The notes under the pieces are model-generated. The model was given only the letters and a program-made list of their open reading frames with translations. It made no database searches and was not told the origin of the DNA. The translations under genes and the position numbers were made by a program. Below, one piece after another: positions 37,169-46,691 of a DNA stretch of 64,000 nucleotides. Every line of letters begins with the position of its first letter. The stretch's first letter is position 1. This DNA is from a virus: IMG/VR virus record IMGVR_UViG_3300030202_002822. One strand, 5' to 3'.

Positions 37169-39595
37169 ATGGCTAATAATAGATTAATTTTAAGAACACT
37201 TAATAGTCCGTGGATAGTTCCAGCACCAGACCTAACTAAGGGTTCTGTGTTGACTCATTCTGAGGTTGATAATAACTTTATTTATCTTAAGGGTGAGAGT
37301 ATTTATAGTGTTGATTCTTCACCTAGCGTTATCACACTTAATAAGGTAAATGGTTCTTCACTTACAATAAGTCTTAGTGGTTCAACAAACACTTATACTA
37401 GTGGTACTACCATTGTGGGTAACACAATATACTTCGATAGGAACGATTCACTTTCAGCTTACACGGCTGATTTGACTAGTGTTCTTAGTGGTGTTACACT
37501 TACCGATGGTAATGGTACGACTGCAAATGGTAATTCTGTTAATTTAGGTGGTGCTTTAACATCTAATGCGATAATTAGTGGTGGTGGTAAAAATTTAGAA
37601 TTAGGGACAAGTACTAACTTGTTAAATGATATTAAAATAAATACTACAACTGGTTCTGAAACATACTCTGGAGGTAGTTTAACTAATATAGAGTTAAATA
37701 CACCAACCAGTTTTGATAGAAAGGTTACTGACGGTGATGCTGTGACTCTTTTTGAAGGTTATTCTAGTTCTTTAGATTTAAAAGCTACAAAACCTACACT
37801 TAGTGGGGAAAGTAGGGTGTATGTTACACCCCAAGCTGTTGAAATTACTCAAACTAATACTACCACAAATAAGGGTGGTAGATTACAACTTACAAGTAAT
37901 AGTAGTGATTATACATATACGGATGGTGCTAATATAACCAGTCAATTGTTTATGAGTTCAGCTTCAACTAATGTAACTATAACTGAAACAGGTGGTGGTA
38001 ATTCTGGTTTAATAATAAAGCCTGAAGAATCTCTACTTTTTACTGATAATGCTAGTTTAAAGTTAACACCTAGTGCTACCACATTTACAGATAGTAGAGC
38101 AATTACTAAGGGTATTGAATATGCGTCAGATTATTCATCTGGATGGACTGTTAATTCATTAGTTACTAAGGGGTACGTAGACAGTTCTAGTGGTAGTAGT
38201 GGTTCTTCTATTTATACGGCAAATGATACAATAGGAAGTACTAGGGAATTAACCTTGACAGATACTTTAGTGTTTAAACAAAGTGGTGGTGATAACTTGT
38301 TTACCCTTAACACAAATGGAATAGTAACTATTCAAAACGGAGGAAACACTTATGGTAAATGGTTTGCTAATGGGGATGTTGCTCTTGGAGGAGGCACAAT
38401 AATTGGTGTACAGGCTGGAATTACTTTACATAAAAATACTCTTATTAAAGGAGAAGGAACTGGCAGTTCCGATAATTGCTTTCAAGTATTAGATAGTGGT
38501 AATAATGGTCTCTTTAAAGTATTTGGAGATGGAACTACAATAATAGGTGGAACATCTTTAGTTGGCACTGAAGACATATCTTTACAAGGTAATACTCTTA
38601 TTAAAGGTTCTGATAATTCAGCATCGACAAGCGGATTTAAGTTTATTGATTCAAGTAATAACTCTAAATGGGATTTTAGAAATGATGGCAATGTTCATTT
38701 AGGACAGGCAACTACATTTAATTCAACAGCTCAAGAAATAATAAAACTTTCTTCAAATACAACAAATCCATATATGTCCGTTGATGCAACTACGGGAACT
38801 CAAAATTCCAGTTATTTAGTAAAGCGCCAGGGTACAGATAAATGGTTATTTGGAAATGAAGGTTCATCTGATAGTTTTAGAATAAGAAATCTACAAACAC
38901 CATTAAATCCAATAGTAATAACAAACGCAAATGCAATAGAAATGACAGGAAATGTTAGTAGTACTTCTACAAGTTCTATTGCGGCTTTTATTGCAAAAGG
39001 AGACGGTTCTTCACAGGATGGTTACATTCAGTTAAATTGTTCACAAAACTCACATGGTATAAAACTTAAATCACCAGCACATTCTGCTGCCGCAAGTTAT
39101 ACTTTAACATTTCCAGACGATGCTGGTTCTAATGGTCAAGTTTTACAAACGGATGGTTCAGGAAATCTTTCTTGGGGTTCAGTTGGTGGTACCCCCTCTT
39201 TAAATAACGGTCAAATATTTGTAGGTAATGCTTCAAATGTTGCTACTTCTGTAGCAATGACTGGTGACGTTGCAATAACAACAAGTGGGGTAACTACAAT
39301 ACAATCAGACGCTGTAACTTATGATAAAATACAAGATACTACTCAAGCAGCTTTATTGGGTAATCAAACTGGTGCGGGAACGGTATCAGAAATCCCAATA
39401 ATAGAACAATATATTTCTAGTTCAGGAACTATTGCGGGATATTTGAACGCTACAGCTAATTGGGATGTAAATGGAAACTATTTAGGTACAGCGCCTACAA
39501 TAACTGGAACTTATCAAGGTCAATCACATTATAATGGTGACTATTGGTTTAATGCAGTAGATGATAATGTTTGGATTAGATTAATTAGAGGATAA
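37169..39595 (+). CDS. Mosaic fibre protein, 808 aa
   Basis: N-terminus homologous to 2037..4463; typical fibre modules ('YVD', 'TLTFP...G..GQVL.TDGSG.LSW', 'AVTY.KIQ'). Confidence 0.75.
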   Translation: MANNRLILRTLNSPWIVPAPDLTKGSVLTHSEVDNNFIYLKGESIYSVDSSPSVITLNKVNGSSLTISLSGSTNTYTSGTTIVGNTIYFDRNDSLSAYTADLTSVLSGVTLTDGNGTTANGNSVNLGGALTSNAIISGGGKNLELGTSTNLLNDIKINTTTGSETYSGGSLTNIELNTPTSFDRKVTDGDAVTLFEGYSSSLDLKATKPTLSGESRVYVTPQAVEITQTNTTTNKGGRLQLTSNSSDYTYTDGANITSQLFMSSASTNVTITETGGGNSGLIIKPEESLLFTDNASLKLTPSATTFTDSRAITKGIEYASDYSSGWTVNSLVTKGYVDSSSGSSGSSIYTANDTIGSTRELTLTDTLVFKQSGGDNLFTLNTNGIVTIQNGGNTYGKWFANGDVALGGGTIIGVQAGITLHKNTLIKGEGTGSSDNCFQVLDSGNNGLFKVFGDGTTIIGGTSLVGTEDISLQGNTLIKGSDNSASTSGFKFIDSSNNSKWDFRNDGNVHLGQATTFNSTAQEIIKLSSNTTNPYMSVDATTGTQNSSYLVKRQGTDKWLFGNEGSSDSFRIRNLQTPLNPIVITNANAIEMTGNVSSTSTSSIAAFIAKGDGSSQDGYIQLNCSQNSHGIKLKSPAHSAAASYTLTFPDDAGSNGQVLQTDGSGNLSWGSVGGTPSLNNGQIFVGNASNVATSVAMTGDVAITTSGVTTIQSDAVTYDKIQDTTQAALLGNQTGAGTVSEIPIIEQYISSSGTIAGYLNATANWDVNGNYLGTAPTITGTYQGQSHYNGDYWFNAVDDNVWIRLIRG

Positions 39596-39611
39596 TAAAT
39601 AAGATAAGAGT

Positions 39612-41342
39612 ATGGCGATTATATTAAACAAAGGAAGAGTCACATCGACCCCAAGTGTAGTTGATAGAACAACATATACACGACCAAGTGATTGGACTGA
39701 TTTACCAGCATTATCTCAAGGGGATGAAAAAGTATATCTACTTGTAAATGTTGGCGAAAAAGGTGGAAACTATATGAGGTTAAAATTTCAAGGTGATTAT
39801 ACTGTAAATTGGGGAGATGGAACAGCAAATACAAACCATAATTCCAATACAGATGCAGACCATGAATTTCTATGGTCAAATGCACCGTCAAGTTCTTTAA
39901 CAAGTCAAGGATTTAGACAAGTAATAGTTACAGTTACGGCTCAATCAGGCTCTCAATTAACTCACTGGAATTTGGCAACTTCGCCTTATGTACCTACTGG
40001 AACTGGGTATAATGGAAGTGTAAATCATTGTGTTTGTAGAGTTAAAATGGCTGGAACTAATTTTACAAGTCTACAATCAGCAGTGCGATTTTATAAGGGG
40101 TTGATAGAGTTCGAGTATGTAGGTACAAATAACGTAAATGATATAAGTTACATGTTTCACACTTGCCAAGCCTTAGTTAAGGTTGGTTCTTTTGATACTT
40201 CAACTGCTCAAAACATGAACAATTTATTTAATGGTTGTGGGTCTTTAATTAGTGTTCCTCAATTCGACTTATCAAGTGCTACAAATGTAACATATATGTT
40301 TCATGCTTGTTATGTTATTTATGACATACCAAAAATGACATTACCAAGTACGGTAACGAATTTACAATATACCTTTAGACATTGTTATGCTTTACAGGAA
40401 GTCCCATTTACAAACTTAAATCATGTAACAAACTTTTACTCAACATTTGCAAGTACGAGCATTAGAGAGTTTAACTTTTCATTGAATAGTGCTACAAGTT
40501 TATCTCAAATGTTTTATCAATGTTCTACGATACAAACGGTAAAATTCCACAACATACCAGTAGGGCAACTTACAGATTTATCCTATGCTTTTGGTTATTG
40601 TTATTCATTAACTTATATAAAACCTTTTGATACTTCAAATGTAACTAACTTTAGGAATTGTTATTCTTATCTCAAATTTGATATAGATTTAAGTTGGATA
40701 GATACTTCAAATGGAACAAACTTTGAATCTATGTTTGAAGGTAATGCAGGTATAACAGATGCAAGTTGGTTAAATATTACTACTTCAGCAGTAAACGTCA
40801 TAGAATTATTTAGTGTTTGTACGAGGTTAAACAAATACCCTACAATGGATTTAACAAACTGTACAAGTCTTCAAGCAACATTTTCTACAAATAAACAAAT
40901 GATTGAACCACCAACTTTAAATAATGCTTCAAGTATAGTCAATTGTATGCAGACTTTTCAGAATTGCAATAATTTAAAAAAGGCAGTTCCATCAAGTGTT
41001 TTAAGTGGGCAACTAACAAGCGTGAGGGAAATGTACTATAATTGTTATAATATCGAAAGTGTTCCAGCATATGATTTAAGTGCAATTGTGGCTTATCCAA
41101 ATTCTTATAGATTTTGTTATATAGCAAGTGGTTTAAAGGAATCATTAATAACCACCCATAAATCTCAAACAAGTTATGCTAATTGTGGTTTAAGTAGAAC
41201 AGCAATAGTAGATATATTTAATAATTTACAAACTAATGCAGATGGTAGAACTCTTTATGTTGGTTCAAATCCTGGTTCCCCACAATTAACGGCAAGTGAT
41301 TTATTAATAGCTACAAATAAAGGTTGGACAGTATCAAGTTAA
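39612..41342 (+). CDS. BspA/DUF285-like repeat protein (putative receptor-binding adhesin)
   Basis: 'RPSDW..LP' N-motif, ~22-24 aa repeats like 'FDTSNVTNF..MF..C..L', C-terminal 'ATNKGWTV'. Confidence 0.7.
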   Translation: MAIILNKGRVTSTPSVVDRTTYTRPSDWTDLPALSQGDEKVYLLVNVGEKGGNYMRLKFQGDYTVNWGDGTANTNHNSNTDADHEFLWSNAPSSSLTSQGFRQVIVTVTAQSGSQLTHWNLATSPYVPTGTGYNGSVNHCVCRVKMAGTNFTSLQSAVRFYKGLIEFEYVGTNNVNDISYMFHTCQALVKVGSFDTSTAQNMNNLFNGCGSLISVPQFDLSSATNVTYMFHACYVIYDIPKMTLPSTVTNLQYTFRHCYALQEVPFTNLNHVTNFYSTFASTSIREFNFSLNSATSLSQMFYQCSTIQTVKFHNIPVGQLTDLSYAFGYCYSLTYIKPFDTSNVTNFRNCYSYLKFDIDLSWIDTSNGTNFESMFEGNAGITDASWLNITTSAVNVIELFSVCTRLNKYPTMDLTNCTSLQATFSTNKQMIEPPTLNNASSIVNCMQTFQNCNNLKKAVPSSVLSGQLTSVREMYYNCYNIESVPAYDLSAIVAYPNSYRFCYIASGLKESLITTHKSQTSYANCGLSRTAIVDIFNNLQTNADGRTLYVGSNPGSPQLTASDLLIATNKGWTVSS

Positions 41343-41362
41343 TAATATAAAAAAGAAAAATT

Positions 41363-41545
41363 ATGTTTTATAAATACGAAGAAGAAATTGAAGGTTGGGA
41401 AGTAGGGAATAAAATATCATTTCCTGACGGTGTTACGTTATCAATAGATAATAAGATTGAACATAAAGGTTGGTTTTGGAGTGATGAACCACCTACGGAA
41501 TATACAGAGTGGTTAGAATCACAAGAAGAAAATAACATAAACTAA
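41363..41545 (+). CDS. Small acidic Trp-rich protein (possible fibre assembly partner)
   Basis: 60 aa directly after the BspA-like gene; 'GWFWSDEP'. Confidence 0.55.
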   Translation: MFYKYEEEIEGWEVGNKISFPDGVTLSIDNKIEHKGWFWSDEPPTEYTEWLESQEENNIN

Positions 41546-41557
41546 AATTAATTTATT

Positions 41558-42190
41558 ATGAGTGCTACACCAAACGTAAATGTATTAAAAATAACAGAAA
41601 TTAACGCTATTAGCGGTAAAACATCTTTAAATAATAACGACATAATTCTAATTGAAGATAGTGAGGCTAGTAACACTAAGAAAAAAACCACAATTGCTGA
41701 TATTAAAGCAACTGTAGGTTCTACGGGAACTCCAGGGGTTGCTCAGTCAATAAATAGCTTTGCTTTAGCTAATACTACTACCCAAGCTACTATAGCCAAC
41801 CAAATGTTTTCAGTAAAAGTAATACCTACAGTGTTGAGGGAGGTTACTCAAATGAGCTTTTTTGTTATTCTTTCCGACACTCAAAATGTTACACTTAGTA
41901 TTCACGATAGTTCAGGTAATCTTATAAGTGGTGCTTATGGGTCTACAGATGCTAGTGTGGTAGGTACAAGAACAGTAACTTTAAATAACTCAGTTACTTT
42001 ACTAGCTAATAATGAGTATTATTTTTCAATATGGGCGCAATCAGGGTCAGCTTCAGCTAATTTTGCATCTAAACCACTTTATTCAAACGCTGGTTTAGGT
42101 AGAGAAAATCAAAATTACTCTAGCTCAACACCTCCTAACACATTAGCTGTTGGGCCAACAAATAAATGTTTCTGGCTTAGCGCATTTTAA
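41558..42190 (+). CDS. Short fibre-like protein
   Basis: 'D.ILIED.EAS.TKK.T.ADIK' fibre neck motif followed by a beta-sandwich-like domain. Confidence 0.55.
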   Translation: MSATPNVNVLKITEINAISGKTSLNNNDIILIEDSEASNTKKKTTIADIKATVGSTGTPGVAQSINSFALANTTTQATIANQMFSVKVIPTVLREVTQMSFFVILSDTQNVTLSIHDSSGNLISGAYGSTDASVVGTRTVTLNNSVTLLANNEYYFSIWAQSGSASANFASKPLYSNAGLGRENQNYSSSTPPNTLAVGPTNKCFWLSAF

Positions 42191-42223
42191 AATAAAAAAA
42201 ACATAACTTTAATAAAAATTTAA

Positions 42224-42231
42224 ATATTTAT
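42224..42231 (+). promoter_or_regulatory. Candidate late promoter ATATTTAT
   Basis: 4 nt upstream of ATG 42236. Confidence 0.35.
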
Positions 42232-42235
42232 AATT

Positions 42236-42658
42236 ATGAACGCAAATATATATGAATATGGGGTAGACCCTAAAACAGGACTTAAAAGGAGGTTAGTAAG
42301 AGATACGGTTGTTATTCAAGAAGAGATGGACTCAAATTCAAAACCTAAAGCAGTTGTACACTTAAGATTACAAACTTATGTTGAAAACGAAGATATTGTG
42401 ACTATAGTTACAGATGTAACGGCAGGTTATGAAGTTATTAAGGGTGAAATTTCTTATAATATAGATGGTGAGACTTTACCAAAATATACCATCAACCCAG
42501 AAACTGGAGAAAAAACTTTAGATATTGACCCAGAAACTGGTGAGCCTTTTGCAAGAGACAACGGTTATGAAAATACTATAATATTATCTAAGTGTCCAAT
42601 ACCTTTTGATGGTGTGTTAGATAACAGCATTAAAGAGTATTATAAGATTATAGATTAA
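42236..42658 (+). CDS. Hypothetical protein
   Basis: 140-aa ORF with ATATTTAT 4 nt upstream; short 'INPETGE/IDPETGE' duplication. Confidence 0.55.
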   Translation: MNANIYEYGVDPKTGLKRRLVRDTVVIQEEMDSNSKPKAVVHLRLQTYVENEDIVTIVTDVTAGYEVIKGEISYNIDGETLPKYTINPETGEKTLDIDPETGEPFARDNGYENTIILSKCPIPFDGVLDNSIKEYYKIID

Positions 42659-42678
42659 TACTATATATAATATAACAT

Positions 42679-43053
42679 ATGAATTTTAACATAAATAAAA
42701 ACGCAACCCTACCAGTTCTAAATATGGAATTGATTAAAGATGGTAGATATACGTATAGAGAGTTTAATGATAAAGTTCAAAACGCTAAAATATACTTCAC
42801 TATGTCTAATCTAGATACAGGTGTTAAAGCTGTTAGTAAAAAAGAAGCGAAACTAACACTTAAAAATCAGTATGATGGTTGTAAGGATGAAGAGTATTAT
42901 TTAACATATCAATTTACAAAAAAAGAAACTTCAAAGCCAGGTACTTATGTAGGTAATTTTATAATAGAATTTCTTGATGGTACTGGGACTATTATAGTTC
43001 CAATAAGAGAAGAGTTGTATATTCAAGTTCTAGATGGTTCAATAAAAAGATAG
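42679..43053 (+). CDS. BppU N-terminal-like (baseplate Ig-fold) protein
   Basis: 'F.I.K..TLP.L...L...A.I.F.M......Y.FT..ET...G.Y.G.F.I.F' pattern. Confidence 0.5.
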   Translation: MNFNINKNATLPVLNMELIKDGRYTYREFNDKVQNAKIYFTMSNLDTGVKAVSKKEAKLTLKNQYDGCKDEEYYLTYQFTKKETSKPGTYVGNFIIEFLDGTGTIIVPIREELYIQVLDGSIKR

Positions 43054-43060
43054 TCAATAG

Positions 43061-43091
43061 TTGTATTTTTAAAATATTATTAGTAAATTTG
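43061..43091 (+). promoter_or_regulatory. polB promoter, Bacteroidota-type
   Basis: TTG at 43061, 20-nt spacer, TAAATTTG at 43084-43091 (TAnnTTTG consensus). Confidence 0.55.
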
Positions 43092-43187
43092 TTAAGCAAT
43101 TTGTAAATTGCTTAATACTTTTATAATGACTTGTATCCTTGACAAGTTAATTTAATAATAGTACTTTTGTTTATAAAATATAAAAGT

Positions 43188-46100
43188 ATGTCTGAATCAA
43201 AAGTCAGTTTCGAAGAGATAGAAAGTTTTTTAGTTGGTAGAGACCCTCAAAAATATATAGTAGGAATTGAAGCTACGTATTATGAAAATTTTGTATCATT
43301 AATCATTAATGACCCTAAAAAGGGTAAGTACATTGAAAAACATACTTTAACCCCATTCTTATGGATGAAGCATGAAGTTGTTGATTTAATCTATAATGGT
43401 AATAGGTCTTTGATAAAAAAGGCTATGAGAGAACATAAGGTTAAAATTAAAAAACTTAATGTCGAGGATTCTAATGGTAACGTACCTAAAAGAATTGATA
43501 ACGGTTATAAGTTCATGGTTACATGTACTGAAAGTTATGGTTCTTTACTTAATTTTTTTAAAGAAGGTGGTATAGATATATTTAGTAGTGAAAAAGCCTA
43601 TCCAGATGATTCCAATTCAGTAGCCATTAAGAGTTTATTTGTTAGGTTTTCACCTGATGAACAATTCCTAATTCAAAGTGGTAAGAGGTTGTTTAAGGGT
43701 ATGGATGATTATAATGATGTCCATAGGTTTCAATTTGACCTTGAGACAGAAGGATTAGATGCTGATAATGATGCGATATTTCAAATAGGTATTAGAGATA
43801 ATAAAGGGTATGAGGTTGTGTTGGAAACCTTGGGCGATACACTTAAAGAAAAAAGAGATTCTGAGAGGTACAATATAAAAAAGTTTTTCTCTATTATTAG
43901 TGAATTAGTTCCAGATATAATAACCGCATATAACTCTGAAAACTTTGATTGGCCGTTTTTTCAAAAAAGATGTGATAGATTAGGTTTGGATATCACAAAG
44001 ATAGCTAAGACCTTAAAGCCTAAATCCAAAATAAGATGGAGAGATGCTGTATTAAAACTTGGTAATGAGCAAGAGTACTATAAACAAACCTATATGTGGG
44101 GTTATAATATACTAGATATATCACATTCTGTTCGTAGAGCGCAAGCTATAAATTCAGATATTAAATCTTGGGGTCTTAAGTATATTACGGAGTATTCTGG
44201 TGTGGCTAAACAGAATAGAGTTTATGTTCCTGGTAATATAATCAATAAGACTTGGTTAGACAAGTCAGACCATGCTTTTAATGACGCTAATGGTGATTGG
44301 TATAAGATAACTGAAGATAATCCTTTAAAAGAAGGTTATGAGGTTAAGAGGGGGGACTATATAGTTCAACGTTATTTATTAGATGACCTTTGGGAGACTG
44401 AGCAAATTGATGGGATATATAACCAAGCTGCTTATTTAATAGCTAAATTGTTACCTACTTCTTACATGAGAAGTTCTACTATGGGTACTGCTGGACAGTG
44501 GAAGTTAATCATGGCTGCTTGGTCATATGAGAATGAACTGGCTGTGCCTGATTTAGAAAAGAAAAGAAAATTTGTTGGTGGTCTTGCTAGGTTGATTGAG
44601 GTTGGCTATGCTAAGAGGGTTGTTAAGCTTGATTTCGCTGCCTTATACCCAAAAACACAACTTACTTGGGGTATATTCCCAGATTTGGATATATCTGGCG
44701 TTATGGAGGGTTTATTGACTTATATTGTTGATAAACGGGATGAGTTTAAATTCCTTACTGGTAAGCATAAATCAGAAGCTAAAAGATTGCAGAAACTTTT
44801 AGATAAAAATATAGATAAGTTAACGCCAGAAAGAATAGCTAAAGCTAAAGAAATGATTAGCTATAATAAGAAATTAGCTTCTGATTATGATAAAAAACAA
44901 TTACCATTGAAGATTTTGGCTAACTCGTTCTTTGGTGCTTATGGTGCTCCTTATATATTTAATTGGGGTGATTCAGATTGTGCTGAAGAAACAACGTGTA
45001 GGGGTAGGCAATCATTAAGGTTAATGGTTAAACATTTTACTGATAAATATAAATTTAGAGCGTTAGTTGGTGATACGGATGGGTTCAACTTTTCAATACC
45101 AGATTCTGTTGATGATGTTGAGTATGTTTGTCAAGCTTCGCACTGGAAGACTGAACACTATGAAAAAGGTCAAGTACTTAAGGGTATTGATGCCGTTTTA
45201 GCTGAGTTTAATGAAAAATATATGGAAGGTAGAATGGGTCTGGATATAGATGATATATGTGAATCTACTATTAACTTTGCTAGAAAGAACTATGGTAACC
45301 TTATTGACGGTAAGGTTAAACTTGTTGGTAACTCACTTAAATCTAAGGCTATGCCTGTTTATATAGAAGAATTTATAAATGAAGGTGTTAAGCTATTATT
45401 ATATGGTAAGGGTTATGAATTTATAGAGTTATATCATAAAACTGTTGAGGACATTTATAATTATAGAATTCCAGTTTTAAAAATAGCTTCTAAGTCTAAG
45501 GTTAAGATGACTAGAGATAATTATGTAAATGTTTATTGTAAACAAAAGAATAAAGCTGGTAACCATAAGTCTAGACAGGCTCATATGGAGTTGGTAGAAA
45601 TGCATGATTTAAGTGTGGATTTAGGTGATATAATCTATTATGTTAATACTGGTACAGCTAAGTCCCATAGTGATATTAAAAAGGTTACAGATAAGGAAAA
45701 TGGAAACATAGAAATATTATTTAACTGTAAGTTGTTACCAAAAGAAGAAATTGAAAATAATCCAGAATTTACTACCGATGAATATAATGTTGCTAAATAT
45801 TTAGATAATTTTAATAAAAGAATTAAGCCATTATTGGTTTGTTTTGACACTGAAATAAGGTCTGATATTATTAGAACAGTATATAAAGATAAAAAGACTA
45901 AGGTTGTTAAGTTAGATGAGAAGAATGTTTTTACTAAAAAACAATGTGAATTAATTGCTGGTAAACCGTTTGACCCATCAGACCAAGATGACTATCATGA
46001 GGACCTTATGAAAATGGAAGATAGAGAGATTAGGTTCTGGGATTCTGTTAATAAAATCCCTAACTTTATGGAGTATGGTGAGTGGATTAGCCTTAGAGAT

Positions 46101-46667
46101 GACTGGAAAGAAAGAGAAAGGGTTAAGAGGGCTGAAGGTATAAATAAAGAGTCTAAATTAATAAATGATGTATTTAAAAGACTTGAGGTTTCGGATTATG
46201 ATAAGTTAAGAAGTAGTAATAAATTACCTAAAGAACTTAGTTTTGTTAATTTGGTTGGAGATGACAATGTAGGGTTTTATTTTAACTCAAAAGAATGGGA
46301 TATTAAATTAGCTGACTTTAAGGATGTTTTCAAATATGAGGATTTAGCAAAAAAGCGTAATAGATATTACGAAACCCTTGAAGATGTTAGCGATAATGAT
46401 AAATACGATATGTGGTTAGAGGATGTTTATAATGCAGAAAGTGAAATGGAAGAAGTTGATAATGATATTAAGTTATTAAAGGATGATGGTTGGATTGAGG
46501 TTCTTGATGGTTATTGGGTTGAGAAATATATAGTTAAGGAAGGTAAAGTTGATTACTATAAAGCTTGTAGAACGACTAAAGAAGCCGTTGCTAGTATTAA
46601 AGGTCGTATTAAAGACCTAGAGACAGTTAAGAATCAAAACCCAGATGATTTAATAATTAAACCATAA
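43188..46667 (+). CDS. polB: Family B DNA polymerase with 3'-5' exonuclease
   Basis: ExoI FDLETEG, ExoII YNSENFDW, ExoIII YLLDD; motif A DFAALYP, B K..ANSFFG, C GDTDG. Start moved to ATG 43188. Confidence 0.95.
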   Translation: MSESKVSFEEIESFLVGRDPQKYIVGIEATYYENFVSLIINDPKKGKYIEKHTLTPFLWMKHEVVDLIYNGNRSLIKKAMREHKVKIKKLNVEDSNGNVPKRIDNGYKFMVTCTESYGSLLNFFKEGGIDIFSSEKAYPDDSNSVAIKSLFVRFSPDEQFLIQSGKRLFKGMDDYNDVHRFQFDLETEGLDADNDAIFQIGIRDNKGYEVVLETLGDTLKEKRDSERYNIKKFFSIISELVPDIITAYNSENFDWPFFQKRCDRLGLDITKIAKTLKPKSKIRWRDAVLKLGNEQEYYKQTYMWGYNILDISHSVRRAQAINSDIKSWGLKYITEYSGVAKQNRVYVPGNIINKTWLDKSDHAFNDANGDWYKITEDNPLKEGYEVKRGDYIVQRYLLDDLWETEQIDGIYNQAAYLIAKLLPTSYMRSSTMGTAGQWKLIMAAWSYENELAVPDLEKKRKFVGGLARLIEVGYAKRVVKLDFAALYPKTQLTWGIFPDLDISGVMEGLLTYIVDKRDEFKFLTGKHKSEAKRLQKLLDKNIDKLTPERIAKAKEMISYNKKLASDYDKKQLPLKILANSFFGAYGAPYIFNWGDSDCAEETTCRGRQSLRLMVKHFTDKYKFRALVGDTDGFNFSIPDSVDDVEYVCQASHWKTEHYEKGQVLKGIDAVLAEFNEKYMEGRMGLDIDDICESTINFARKNYGNLIDGKVKLVGNSLKSKAMPVYIEEFINEGVKLLLYGKGYEFIELYHKTVEDIYNYRIPVLKIASKSKVKMTRDNYVNVYCKQKNKAGNHKSRQAHMELVEMHDLSVDLGDIIYYVNTGTAKSHSDIKKVTDKENGNIEILFNCKLLPKEEIENNPEFTTDEYNVAKYLDNFNKRIKPLLVCFDTEIRSDIIRTVYKDKKTKVVKLDEKNVFTKKQCELIAGKPFDPSDQDDYHEDLMKMEDREIRFWDSVNKIPNFMEYGEWISLRDDWKERERVKRAEGINKESKLINDVFKRLEVSDYDKLRSSNKLPKELSFVNLVGDDNVGFYFNSKEWDIKLADFKDVFKYEDLAKKRNRYYETLEDVSDNDKYDMWLEDVYNAESEMEEVDNDIKLLKDDGWIEVLDGYWVEKYIVKEGKVDYYKACRTTKEAVASIKGRIKDLETVKNQNPDDLIIKP

Positions 46668-46669
46668 AA

Positions 46670-46690
46670 AAAGGGAGCGTTGCTCCCTTT
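46670..46690. terminator. Bidirectional intrinsic terminator between convergent polB and neck genes
   Basis: aaagggagc-gtt-gctcccttt perfect 9-bp stem flanked by A and T runs. Confidence 0.85.
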
Positions 46691-46691
46691 G

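Noticed and set aside
4463-37169. Invertible segment between the oppositely oriented homologous fibre 5' ends
   Set aside because: The ends are only moderately similar at DNA level, there are no perfect inverted crossover sites and no invertase is present.
43188-46667. Intein or intron in the long PolB
   Set aside because: No LAGLIDADG or HN-C/S/T splice motifs; extra length is a finger insertion and a C-terminal tail.
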